In this document: piece by piece, positions 18,095-26,334 of the stretch
Layout: each line of letters opens with the position of its first letter
Numbering within the stretch: position 1 is the first letter of the stretch
IMG/VR virus record: IMGVR_UViG_3300023174_000088
Span: 27,410 to 91,409 of that record
Source: a virus
Taxonomy: Duplodnaviria > Heunggongvirae > Uroviricota > Caudoviricetes
Reading direction: 5' to 3' (one strand)
Length of the DNA stretch: 64,000 nucleotides
Notes under the pieces: model-generated
Seen by the model: only the letters and a program-made list of their open reading frames with translations
The model's database searches: none
Told to the model about the DNA's origin: nothing
Translations under genes and position numbers: made by a program

Positions 18095-18232
18095 TGTTTT
18101 TGTTTTTAATGATTAATGTAAATTGTTTTTCTGTCGTACAGCATACCTACGTTGAATTGTCTCATCCACATTTGCTGTGTGGTTTGGTGATTTCCAACGG
18201 TGTGGTAGCTTGATTTTGCTTGTTCTCCCTTT

Positions 18233-18781
18233 TTAGGGATTCCAAAGATCATCTGGATTAATTTTTTCATCTTTAAATGTTTGAAAGTTGTCTTCATAAG
18301 TGAATCCTGCACCATCATATTCAGGCCCATCATCATCCTCCTCTTCAAAGTTGTCAGGAAAAGAAATTACCACCTTGTTCTCTATGAGGATGGGGATGAT
18401 TTCTTCTATTTCTTCCATAGATTCTTCATCATCAAGAAGAAACACATCAGCCTCGAACATCATCCATCCATCAAAATCCTGAATGATGGTGTTGATTTGC
18501 TTGAGTGTAATGTCAGAGAGCTCATCTGAATGCTCTCCTTCATCAAACCAGCCAATCATTTCCTGGCCTTGAGCAACGATTTCCCCATCAAACTCTATAT
18601 AGGGTTCAACGGGATAGCCATTTAATTGAATGAATGTTTCCTGGTCTGTTGGAGGAACATACTCCACCTGATAAATGACAGATGCTCCCTCATAGTTGTG
18701 CGTGTGGAACAGCATGTCTTTTGTAATAGATAGGGGTTTGTAGTTCCTGAACTTCAATTTTCCAATAGCGTGGTAGCTCAT
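18233..18781 (-). CDS. Acidic hypothetical protein (182 aa)
   Basis: ORF with a very acidic C-terminal half (EEDDDGPEYDGAGFTYED). Confidence 0.45.
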   Translation of the reverse strand: MSYHAIGKLKFRNYKPLSITKDMLFHTHNYEGASVIYQVEYVPPTDQETFIQLNGYPVEPYIEFDGEIVAQGQEMIGWFDEGEHSDELSDITLKQINTIIQDFDGWMMFEADVFLLDDEESMEEIEEIIPILIENKVVISFPDNFEEEDDDGPEYDGAGFTYEDNFQTFKDEKINPDDLWNP

Positions 18782-18793
18782 GGTTTTTGATTT

Positions 18794-18958
18794 TTAATTG
18801 TTTGCAATACGAATCTCCACTTGTGGTTGGGTATATCTCCAATCAGAATAGCTCATAGCCCTTTTTATTTCCCTTCTAGAGGGAGTTTTCCTATTATAGG
18901 AATTGGCTGAACATCCCATCAAAGACACACCAATTAATAAAATTACAATCTTTTTCAT
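18794..18958 (-). CDS. Small putative lipoprotein (54 aa), hand-translated
   Basis: MKKIVILLIGVSLMGCSANS: signal peptide followed by the lipobox-like LMGC. Confidence 0.4.
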   Translation of the reverse strand: MKKIVILLIGVSLMGCSANSYNRKTPSRREIKRAMSYSDWRYTQPQVEIRIANN

Positions 18959-19028
18959 AAATTTAATTTAAAAATGCCCCATACACATATGTATAGAAAT
19001 ACAATTGTGCAGGGGCACACCGAAACCT

Positions 19029-19169
19029 TAATAAGGTGAATTTATTCGTTTTACCAATTTGTTCCAATTCTGTTTAGGAGCACCCTTTCCACATCCATAT
19101 TTTGTGGATGAGCATGAACAACAGGAAAGCGCTATTCCCACTGCCACTAGGAAAATAAGTTTTTTCATT
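19029..19169 (-). CDS. Small putative lipoprotein (46 aa), Cys-rich after the lipobox, hand-translated
   Basis: MKKLIFLVAVGIALSCCSCSS: signal peptide plus lipobox ALSC; its ATG overlaps the TGA of the upstream coiled-coil ORF (ATGA). Confidence 0.4.
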
Positions 19170-19333
19170 TCTTTTGTTTTTTACTGTGAATCAATCGCTT
19201 ATAATAAGCATTTGTCTTGTTAATCTGCTCCTGTTTCTCAAGGAGTCTTTGCTTAAGAGAGTCATTCTCTTCCTTAAGTTTTTCGATTTGTTTTTGTTTG
19301 TCTTTGCAAAATATGCTCTGTAGTAGTTCCATG
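19166..19333 (-). CDS. Small coiled-coil protein (55 aa; MELLQSIFCKDKQKQIEKLKEENDSLKQRLLEKQEQINK...), hand-translated
   Basis: Heptad-like K/E/Q/L-rich sequence; stop overlaps the start of the lipoprotein gene. Confidence 0.35.
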
Positions 19334-19343
19334 TCTGGAAGTT

Positions 19344-19844
19344 TTAGATTTTTACAATATCAAATTCTTCAGGAAAGCCAATAACATCATCCTTGTGCGT
19401 AGGCTTCCAATCTTTGGGCATAGGATCGTCATCTTCTGCATAACAGCGATCGGTTTTATCAATACGATATTCGTTTGACCTATCAAGCAATTCCAAGTGT
19501 TTTGTGTCACTGCTTATTTTACCATCACTGTTGACAGAAAATGTCCAACTATGCCTAAATCCAAATCTGTCTGTTACACCAGCACATCCATCACAGAAGT
19601 TTTGGCATACATATGCCTTACCATCATGATTAATGGAGATTCTGCCCACCACCTTCACCAAACTACATTCATCTCCATCACTATCTTCTCCATCACAACA
19701 TTCATACTCCCAAACTTCAGAAAGTGGATCGTAGCCTTCACAATCTTCATATCCTCTTGATAAAGTACCAGCTAAAGTGGCAAGAACATAATCACCGTGG
19801 TGAAATGTAACATCTCCTACAGTTATGCTTTTCATATTAAACAT
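19344..19844 (-). CDS. Cys-rich acidic hypothetical protein (166 aa)
   Basis: ORF with many Cys residues (CEGYDP, YECCDGEDSDGDEC, CQNFCDGC). Confidence 0.45.
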   Translation of the reverse strand: MFNMKSITVGDVTFHHGDYVLATLAGTLSRGYEDCEGYDPLSEVWEYECCDGEDSDGDECSLVKVVGRISINHDGKAYVCQNFCDGCAGVTDRFGFRHSWTFSVNSDGKISSDTKHLELLDRSNEYRIDKTDRCYAEDDDPMPKDWKPTHKDDVIGFPEEFDIVKI

Positions 19845-19861
19845 TTTGTGAAGAAAGCCCG

Positions 19862-20761
19862 TTATTTACGGGCTCCCTTCAGGTTATCAAATATTGTTTT
19901 CACCGTGTCTACAGGCCCTGCAGCATTCAATCCTATTACAGATGTATAGCCAAAATTGCCCTTCCTCTCTATATCAGAAGATTCCATAGGACAACCAAGA
20001 CCATCACCTGCCTCATATTCAGATGCCCACCATGAGTTGAACATACCCTCACGATAGGAACCTAAACAGAAAATGGGTGCAAATGTAGTCCAATTGAACC
20101 TCTCCTGTGCAGATTTAACCTTGACATGAGTGGCTGTATGCCTAAACTCATCGCTTTCGTGTGCTCCTGTTACAAACGCACAATAGTACACCTCTGTAGG
20201 AATACCTGCTGCTTCAAGGGCATATATTGTGGGGATTGCTGTTTTTGCCACATTTTCAAATTGCTCCTTTCCCACACAAGCAGAGCCACATATGTTTATG
20301 GCTATTTTCACTGTGGGTTTGGAACTATTTGTTCTCATGGCAAAGCACTTATCCTCACCTGCAATAGCTCTGGGCACTGTAAGTCTTCCTCTCACATCAT
20401 CAAATTTCAGTTTCTTCTTATATGTAAGAGCCATCTTTACAAGAGATTTGTATTCCTTTTCTGCCATTGTGCTTTTAACAGCATCAGCACATATATCCTT
20501 ACCCTTGTCAGGACTGGAACGCTGGTCAAGATATACACCCCTTATCTCGTCATCCCCATAAGTCCATCTATCTTTTGAGGTGAGAGTTTTCACCTTCATT
20601 TTGTTTGCTCTGTGCTTATCAGCAGGAGGCTTTGTCCCATCAGTGAGCGTAAAGAACTCATTGAGATCTTCATACACAATGTGATGGACATTGTCTTTTA
20701 TGAACTTTTTCACGTTATGTGATTTTGCGGTTAAAAAAAGGAAGGATGGAGATTTCTCCAC
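19862..20761 (-). CDS. Hypothetical protein (299 aa) immediately downstream of the AAA+ ATPase
   Basis: ORF; no motif recognised; possible functional partner of the upstream ATPase. Confidence 0.45.
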   Translation of the reverse strand: MEKSPSFLFLTAKSHNVKKFIKDNVHHIVYEDLNEFFTLTDGTKPPADKHRANKMKVKTLTSKDRWTYGDDEIRGVYLDQRSSPDKGKDICADAVKSTMAEKEYKSLVKMALTYKKKLKFDDVRGRLTVPRAIAGEDKCFAMRTNSSKPTVKIAINICGSACVGKEQFENVAKTAIPTIYALEAAGIPTEVYYCAFVTGAHESDEFRHTATHVKVKSAQERFNWTTFAPIFCLGSYREGMFNSWWASEYEAGDGLGCPMESSDIERKGNFGYTSVIGLNAAGPVDTVKTIFDNLKGARK

Positions 20762-20791
20762 ACCCTTCCATATTGGAAATCAAAGCGGATA

Positions 20792-21814
20792 TTAGTTGAG
20801 CTTTTCCATAAGTTTCTTCTGAAGACTCTCGTCCCAATGAGCAGAAATCATGTCAAGCACATCTTTTGCAGTAAAATCATTGTGCAAAAGCATCGTAGCA
20901 TCATAAATACTACGTGTAGAGAATTTCTCATTCTCCACATACTTGTTCATGAATTCCCTAATCTTCAACATCCACTCATAATGCTGGCCTGCAATAGAAC
21001 GCTCAATCTGCTCATCATAATTGATGGTGATGCGACAGAGTTTGAAGCGGTCTAGAAACGCCATATCCTGCATCTCTCTGCCTTGGTATTCAACAGACCC
21101 TGACCCCCATGTATTACCTGCCAGAATGCAATAGAAGTCTTTGTGCTTCTTTGCAATGGGGTTTTCCATTCTGTTAGGCACAGAGATTTGGCCTGTACGG
21201 TCAAACACAGCATTGAGGACAACAGCAATGCTTGGACTCATGGCATCATATTCATCAATAAGGAAAACACCACCGTTCTCATAAAAGTCAAGAAATTGAG
21301 AGGTGATGTAGCCATTGATGTTGGCAAAACCCACAAGTTCGCTCTTTGAGGCCTCTGCATTACATGAGAATGATGCATAACGCAATTTCATCACATCAGC
21401 CACTTGCTTTGCAATTGTGGATTTGCCTGAACCAGTGGGGCCAACAATCATTGCCTGCTTGAACAATGTCAAAAATGCAAGCAATTTGGGCATTTCAGCA
21501 TGCTCTGTGCCCTTTGTCTCAAATTTGAGGTTGCCTGACAAGTTGATGACCGTCTTCTTGCTCTCAACATAAGAGTCAATGATTTGGTCTTTCATCTTGG
21601 CAAATTCCTCGCTCACAGTGTGCACCAAGCCAGCAATTGCATTGGTTTTACTTACATCCATTGATTCTACCAGCATTTGCTGGATTTTCTCATGACGAAG
21701 TTTATACGCCACAAGTTTATCAACTCTGCTGTGAACAGCAGTTTCGGGGATTGAAACGGTGATTTGTTCCATTTTGATTTTTTTTGGTTTTTGTTTAAAA
21801 AAGGGGCCAGACAA
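20792..21814 (-). CDS. AAA+ ATPase (MoxR/AAA_5-like)
   Basis: Walker A MIVGPTGSGKST; Walker B GGVFLIDEYD; about 340 aa. Confidence 0.65.
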   Translation of the reverse strand: MSGPFFKQKPKKIKMEQITVSIPETAVHSRVDKLVAYKLRHEKIQQMLVESMDVSKTNAIAGLVHTVSEEFAKMKDQIIDSYVESKKTVINLSGNLKFETKGTEHAEMPKLLAFLTLFKQAMIVGPTGSGKSTIAKQVADVMKLRYASFSCNAEASKSELVGFANINGYITSQFLDFYENGGVFLIDEYDAMSPSIAVVLNAVFDRTGQISVPNRMENPIAKKHKDFYCILAGNTWGSGSVEYQGREMQDMAFLDRFKLCRITINYDEQIERSIAGQHYEWMLKIREFMNKYVENEKFSTRSIYDATMLLHNDFTAKDVLDMISAHWDESLQKKLMEKLN

Positions 21815-21847
21815 TTATTTTATCTGACCCCATATGTTTCTGTGATT

Positions 21848-22378
21848 TTATTCAGATGATTTGCCCTTGTCAAGATCATCTTTCAACTTCTTCAATCTCT
21901 CGAGGTCTTCCATCATCTTTGTGATTTTGTCCAATTGGTCTGACAAACCACCGAGATGTTTAGTCCTGTCTTCAAAATGCCTTTGACAGTCATTAACTGC
22001 CTTAAGAACCAACACCTCATAAAACCTGGGACAGTTGTTGGCCTCTTGAATCACCTTTTCTACAGCCATTGACACCTTTGGAGAGTTCTTGAGAGACTCA
22101 ACAATGAGTTCTGAAGCATTGCTGAAGTCATCTTCAGAGACCCCCATAGCCTCGGTGATTGTATTAGCATCATGGTTAAACCGAATGACGCTATTAGGCC
22201 CTAATTCACTGGCCACACCACCTTTTTCATTGGGCAGGTGGCTTTCAGCCCAGAGAATTTCCTCTTTGGAGAGCCCATTGCTGCAAGAGAGCAAGGCTTC
22301 CATTACTTTGATTTTCTTTTCCATGTTTGATGGATTTGAGATGATAAAAAATGACAGGTTTCTAAACCATATAGGCAA
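21848..22378 (-). CDS. Hypothetical protein (176 aa; the true start may be the internal MEKKIKVMEAL)
   Basis: ORF with a coiled-coil-like C-terminus. Confidence 0.4.
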   Translation of the reverse strand: MPIWFRNLSFFIISNPSNMEKKIKVMEALLSCSNGLSKEEILWAESHLPNEKGGVASELGPNSVIRFNHDANTITEAMGVSEDDFSNASELIVESLKNSPKVSMAVEKVIQEANNCPRFYEVLVLKAVNDCQRHFEDRTKHLGGLSDQLDKITKMMEDLERLKKLKDDLDKGKSSE

Positions 22379-22406
22379 ACTATCCCTGTCTTCAGTTTTC
22401 TTTCAG

Positions 22407-22613
22407 TTAATTTACACTCTCATTGATTGCCTCAATAGTCATAGGCAACATGCACACCCATAAAATCCAATAAATTGTGCTGATGAACCAGAAACCTGGT
22501 TGCTGGAACACATCAGCAATTGGGTTGAAGGACGCTGCTGTGAGAATAAATGCCATCCACACTAATAAGAATGGAATAATGGCAGTTGTCAAAAGGATTA
22601 ATGGCTTCTTCAT
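22407..22613 (-). CDS. Small membrane protein with two predicted transmembrane helices (68 aa)
   Basis: Two hydrophobic stretches (LILLTTAIIPFLLVWMAFILTAA and FWFISTIYWILWVCMLPMTI). Confidence 0.4.
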   Translation of the reverse strand: MKKPLILLTTAIIPFLLVWMAFILTAASFNPIADVFQQPGFWFISTIYWILWVCMLPMTIEAINESVN

Positions 22614-22775
22614 GATGATTAATAGCCCAATTGTTCTAACTGATGGGCATCAGCTTTGATTGTTATAAAATTGTTGTTAAAACTGAATTCATAAAAGAAC
22701 CCAGCAAGGTCTTTAAAGAGATAGAACTCCTTAATTGTAAGCATTATCTGCTTCATTTTTATGGGATTTGGTTAG

Positions 22776-22847
22776 TAGGCCTAAGTGGAATCGAACCACT
22801 ATTGTCTGCTTAGAAGGCAGATGTTCTGTCCATTGAACTATAGGCCT
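22776..22847 (-). tRNA. tRNA-Arg (anticodon UCU), 72 nt, CCA not encoded
   Basis: Hand-folded: acceptor AGGCCTA/TAGGCCT, D-stem GTTC/GAAC, anticodon stem TCTGC/GCAGA with loop CTTCTAA (anticodon TCT), T-arm AGTGG-TTCGATT-CCACT, discriminator A. Confidence 0.85.
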
Positions 22848-22869
22848 ATAGAATGCTCAACAATAAAAA

Positions 22870-22916
22870 AAGAAGGCAAATGCTAAACACACATACATTT
22901 GCCTTCTTGGGGGTTT
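22870..22916. terminator. Strong bidirectional hairpin terminator upstream of the tRNA
   Basis: AAGAAGGCAAATG-(13 nt)-CATTTGCCTTCTT 13-bp perfect stem, flanked by AAAAAA on one side and GGGGGTTTT on the other. Confidence 0.6.
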
Positions 22917-23026
22917 TCGGAAGAATTATGACTCTATTGACCTCTCAGGTCATTGATAAGAGCCATTAATTCCTCGATGGTATGCATAACCTGTATGCTA
23001 CCATCTATGAGGATTGCGCAAAACAT

Positions 23027-23188
23027 CTATTTGTCAAGCCATCTGGTGTAATCTGTAACACCATCAAGCCACCTAAATCCCCTGTACATATCCTTCCTAT
23101 TAAACCTATATAGGTAACAGAATCCCCCAAGCACAAGGGAAAACAGTGCTTGAGGGATGATGATGATTGTTAATATAATTTGTTTCAT
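23027..23188 (-). CDS. Small membrane peptide (about 53 aa; MKQIILTIIIIPQALFSLVLGGFCYLY...)
   Basis: Internal Met of the 23027..23317 ORF, just past the stop of the 23190..23522 gene; one hydrophobic helix. Confidence 0.3.
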   Translation of the reverse strand: MKQIILTIIIIPQALFSLVLGGFCYLYRFNRKDMYRGFRWLDGVTDYTRWLDK

Positions 23189-23189
23189 C

Positions 23190-23522
23190 TTAATCAAATT
23201 GTTCGTGAATTTCTTGAGGTGCAAACATTCTTCTAATTTCTTCCATTTCAGCCTTTGTACATTTCCCAACCTTGCAATAGAACTGATCACAATCCACATC
23301 TCCTTGCCAACCCACATTATACAAAGATGAAAACTGATAGTAGGTCATACCATCTGTTTCAACAATGCACATTTCAGTGGATGTATCCGCAGAATAGAAC
23401 TTATAGGCTGAATCATCTTTGCTTGCAGCGTTGTTCAATTCCAAAAGAAACTCATCACGATCAATAGATACAATCTCTTCTCTATGCAGCCAATAGCGTG
23501 CATATAGTTCTGCTTTGTTCAT
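23190..23522 (-). CDS. Hypothetical protein (110 aa)
   Basis: ORF. Confidence 0.4.
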   Translation of the reverse strand: MNKAELYARYWLHREEIVSIDRDEFLLELNNAASKDDSAYKFYSADTSTEMCIVETDGMTYYQFSSLYNVGWQGDVDCDQFYCKVGKCTKAEMEEIRRMFAPQEIHEQFD

Positions 23523-23585
23523 TTTTATTTGTTTTTAGGGATTAAAAAATAGGAATGGCCTTCCCATTGCTGGGTTGGCCAAACC

Positions 23586-23852
23586 TTATGCGTCTGCGTC
23601 TTTTTGAATCAAGAAATGTTTACCATCGTGGTTGTAAATGAGCATCTTGTGCCCACTATTCGCACCCACCTCAACTGCATATTTATTACCTATACTGAGG
23701 TTGCGCTTTTGAAACCACATCCAAAGTTTTTCTTTCACCCACTTGTCATCCAATTGGGCGTTACAGTAGTACCCCTTTTCAATAGGATATACCAAATTAG
23801 AGGTAACAACATCGTGTTCCACTCTATTTTCAATTTTGAGTTCCTTGTTCAT
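23586..23852 (-). CDS. Hypothetical protein (88 aa)
   Basis: ORF. Confidence 0.4.
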   Translation of the reverse strand: MNKELKIENRVEHDVVTSNLVYPIEKGYYCNAQLDDKWVKEKLWMWFQKRNLSIGNKYAVEVGANSGHKMLIYNHDGKHFLIQKDADA

Positions 23853-24254
23853 AAAATGATTTTAAAGGTTTGATAGGTTTATGTGTGTTTCTGTTTCGGT
23901 GCTCAATTACACCATCATCAGTGTGAACAATAGTCCACAGACAGAATTAATGCTATATGTATGCCATAGACAGCATAAATTAACGAACAAATATTCCAAC
24001 AGACAGGGTTTTAGGGGTTGTACAGCACCTGTTATCCCCACCCTAAAGCAACGAAATACATTGCCCACCCTTATATATAGAGCAGATTACAGTAAAATCT
24101 GCTCCAACACTTTCTTTGGCAATTGAATCACCTTCATTTCCACTACTTTCACTTGCATTTTGCTTACCTTTGCCCATCCGTGCTTGTTGGGCTTGCCTTT
24201 GATTTCTATGAATTTCTTTTCCACGGCTGATTGATTTACAGATGAATAAAAAAG

Positions 24255-24278
24255 AAAAGAGCCCGAATGGGCCCTTTT
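24255..24278 (-). terminator. Hairpin terminator downstream of the GC-rich 24301..24750 gene
   Basis: AAAAGaGCCC-gaat-GGGCcCTTTT (9 of 10 pairs), flanked by an A-run and a T-run. Confidence 0.45.
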
Positions 24279-24300
24279 CTTGTTGATGCTGCTGCTGCGA

Positions 24301-24750
24301 TTAGGCAAGCGCAAGCAGGTCAGCCATGAGCGGTTCGCTCAAGTTGGCTGCTGTTGCTGCTGCCTGCAGTTTGACCTTGCTCTCAATCAGGGCAATCCTG
24401 CGCTCATCTGCGATGATTTCATCGCTGTTGATGGCAGCAATGCCTGCTTCTTTGGTGAGGAAGAGGCTGCCTGATTGAATGCGCTTGAAGGTGTCAGGTG
24501 TGCCATCAGCCTTGAGGAGCGGAATTGGATTACCCTGTTCATCCTTTTTGGTTGGGTCAATGCGATTAAATTCTTTCTCAATCGCAACGCAGTAGAGAGG
24601 AAAGGTGATTTTGTCGCCTTTCTTGATGCCTGCTGCTTCCAGTTGGCGCATGGGAATGTGGATTCTGTTGCCCAACAGGTCATAGCCTGTGAAATTGGCT
24701 TCGGTCTTGCTGAAGTTGCCTGATGCAACCGTTGTGAGGTTTGTGCTCAT
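24301..24750 (-). CDS. Hypothetical protein (149 aa from MSTNLTTVASG...) encoded by a conspicuously GC-rich gene
   Basis: ORF; visibly GC-rich, roughly 50% GC by eye against an AT-rich surrounding genome; start taken at the internal ATG at 24750. Confidence 0.5.
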   Translation of the reverse strand: MSTNLTTVASGNFSKTEANFTGYDLLGNRIHIPMRQLEAAGIKKGDKITFPLYCVAIEKEFNRIDPTKKDEQGNPIPLLKADGTPDTFKRIQSGSLFLTKEAGIAAINSDEIIADERRIALIESKVKLQAAATAANLSEPLMADLLALA

Positions 24751-25104
24751 TTGTTTTGAGTTTTTAATGATGAATAATGATTCACGGAGGGATAGCCCCA
24801 ACCGCTTGGTTTGGCATAGGGTTTTGAGATGGAGTAGCCTCCTCTCCCATCTATACAAAGCATGGGGGGGCTAGGAAAAATTTTTTATATTCAAGGGGGA
24901 GGGATTTTTTGTAAACATGGGCATATGGAAAAATAAATTTGGAAATATAAAACCTATTGCCTTACCTTTGGGGGAGGTAGGGTGGGAATAGATTGTCTCT
25001 AGAGAGAATAGAGAAGAGGTTTGCATAATATAGCTATTTGTTTGAAAAAAGGTGTTTGTCTATATGGTTTATTTGTGTATATTTGTGTAAATTAAATATT
25101 GGGA
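24751..25104. promoter_or_regulatory. Divergent intergenic hub between the two arms, with a Bacteroidota-type TAnnTTTG motif (TATATTTG, within 25078-25086) and clustered G-runs
   Basis: Genes diverge on either side; TTTG/TAnnTTTG motifs; G7, G5-A-G3 and G5-A-GG-TA-GGG-T-GGG tracts between 24864 and 24986. Confidence 0.5.
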
Positions 25105-25446
25105 ATGGTATTGCAGAAGATTAGGAGAATAGAAAAGGATGAGTTTGCTATTGCTGAGAAGTATTATAGTTTGCTCTCAGCTGTTAACAATCTCCATCTT
25201 ACAAATAGGGAAGTACAACTTGTAGCTTTTACAGCTATTAGGGGGAATATTTCCTATGCCAGTAATAGGAAGGAGTTTTGTGAAAAGCATGATACAACGT
25301 CTCCAACAATAAACAATATTATTTCTAAGCTCAAGAAAATCAATGTGTTAGTGAAGGATGGGAGTAAGGTGAAGGTCAATCCTGTCATCCTGCTTCCGTT
25401 TGAAAAGGAGGATGTCACGTTGGAAATAAAGCTTGTACATGGATAA
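25105..25446 (+). CDS. Hypothetical protein, first gene of the plus-strand arm
   Basis: ORF; the ATG at 25105 is preferred over the TTG at 25099 used by the ORF track. Confidence 0.45.
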   Translation: MVLQKIRRIEKDEFAIAEKYYSLLSAVNNLHLTNREVQLVAFTAIRGNISYASNRKEFCEKHDTTSPTINNIISKLKKINVLVKDGSKVKVNPVILLPFEKEDVTLEIKLVHG

Positions 25447-25936
25447 GCCCAGGAGTCTTTCGGTTAAAGATTATTTGATAAGGATGATGGCCGTAAAGCT
25501 CATGCTCCCAGAGAACGTTCTGGATGCTGTGGTGAGCCATCAGTTCAGCTCTGCCAATACAGCCCTTTTTACGAACGACAGTGTGGAGATTTCTGGGTTT
25601 GGGAAGTTCTTCTACAATCACAAGAAGGCAATAAGGAAGATGGAGAAGGAAAGGATGAAGGAGGCTTATTATGTGAATGCCCTGACAGACCCCACACTGT
25701 CTGACACCAAGAGGCAGTCTTACACGAACAAGCTGAACAACACAAGAAACCAAATAGAGCAGCTAAAACCAAAATTAAACAACCATGAAGCTGTCAGAGA
25801 TTTACGAGGGCTGGAGGAACAATCTGATTCCCCCCTCCCATTTGAAGCAGATGATACGGGATACGTCGGAACAGAGGATTGCAATTTGCCTGGAGTGTTC
25901 CCATCATTCGAGATTCCACAAGACCAACAGGCCTGA
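25439..25936 (+). CDS. HU/IHF-like DNA-binding protein with a C-terminal extension
   Basis: VKDYLIRMMAVKLMLPENVLDAVVSHQFSSANTALFTNDSVEISGFGKFFYNHKKA resembles the HU-family beta-arm region (GFGxF). Confidence 0.5.
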   Translation: MDKPRSLSVKDYLIRMMAVKLMLPENVLDAVVSHQFSSANTALFTNDSVEISGFGKFFYNHKKAIRKMEKERMKEAYYVNALTDPTLSDTKRQSYTNKLNNTRNQIEQLKPKLNNHEAVRDLRGLEEQSDSPLPFEADDTGYVGTEDCNLPGVFPSFEIPQDQQA

Positions 25937-26075
25937 CAATCATTGTACACATTGTGGATGTACGCTGTCAGCAAAGACAAAATGCCTGTCTTGCGAATGT
26001 CCTATTCAAAAATGGACAAAGGTGCTTACACAGGAACAAGAAGAAGAAATTAAAACGGCTACAAATGGAAAATAA
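25785..26075 (+). CDS. Cys/His-rich zinc-finger-like small protein (96 aa)
   Basis: CLECSHHSRF...HCTHCGC...CLSCEC; overlaps the 3' end of the HU-like ORF by about 150 nt in another frame. Confidence 0.35.
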   Translation: MKLSEIYEGWRNNLIPPSHLKQMIRDTSEQRIAICLECSHHSRFHKTNRPDNHCTHCGCTLSAKTKCLSCECPIQKWTKVLTQEQEEEIKTATNGK

Positions 26076-26334
26076 CAACGACAATGTAAGGTTGAACAAG
26101 ATTCCCTTATTGATATTTATAGAGACGCTCCAAGAGGTATACCAGATGGGAGTGGACTATGTGGACATTGTTGGCATGAACAATGTAGACCAGGATGTCA
26201 TAGCAATATATTATAACGACAAGTATTTCGCCAAGGGGGAAAACCCCAACAAAGAGGAAGGCGATGATAGTGATGAGGACGATTTTGAATATAGGGTGGA
26301 CTTGTCTGATGAAGATTTAAACGATTTAACATGA
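26064..26334 (+). CDS. Acidic hypothetical protein (90 aa from MENNNDNVRL...)
   Basis: ORF; internal ATG preferred over the track's TTG start. Confidence 0.4.

Noticed and set aside
24087-24314. 75-aa minus-strand ORF in the 23853-24300 gap
   Set aside because: It spans the terminator hairpin at 24255-24278 and the end of the upstream gene. It is basic, low-complexity, and has no plausible start context, so the region is treated as non-coding.
24301-24858. Long 185-aa version of the GC-rich gene starting at 24858
   Set aside because: The N-terminal extension (MYRWERRLLHLKTLCQTKRLG...) runs through the divergent promoter region and is Arg/Leu-rich mirror-frame-like sequence. The ATG at 24750 gives a cleaner start.
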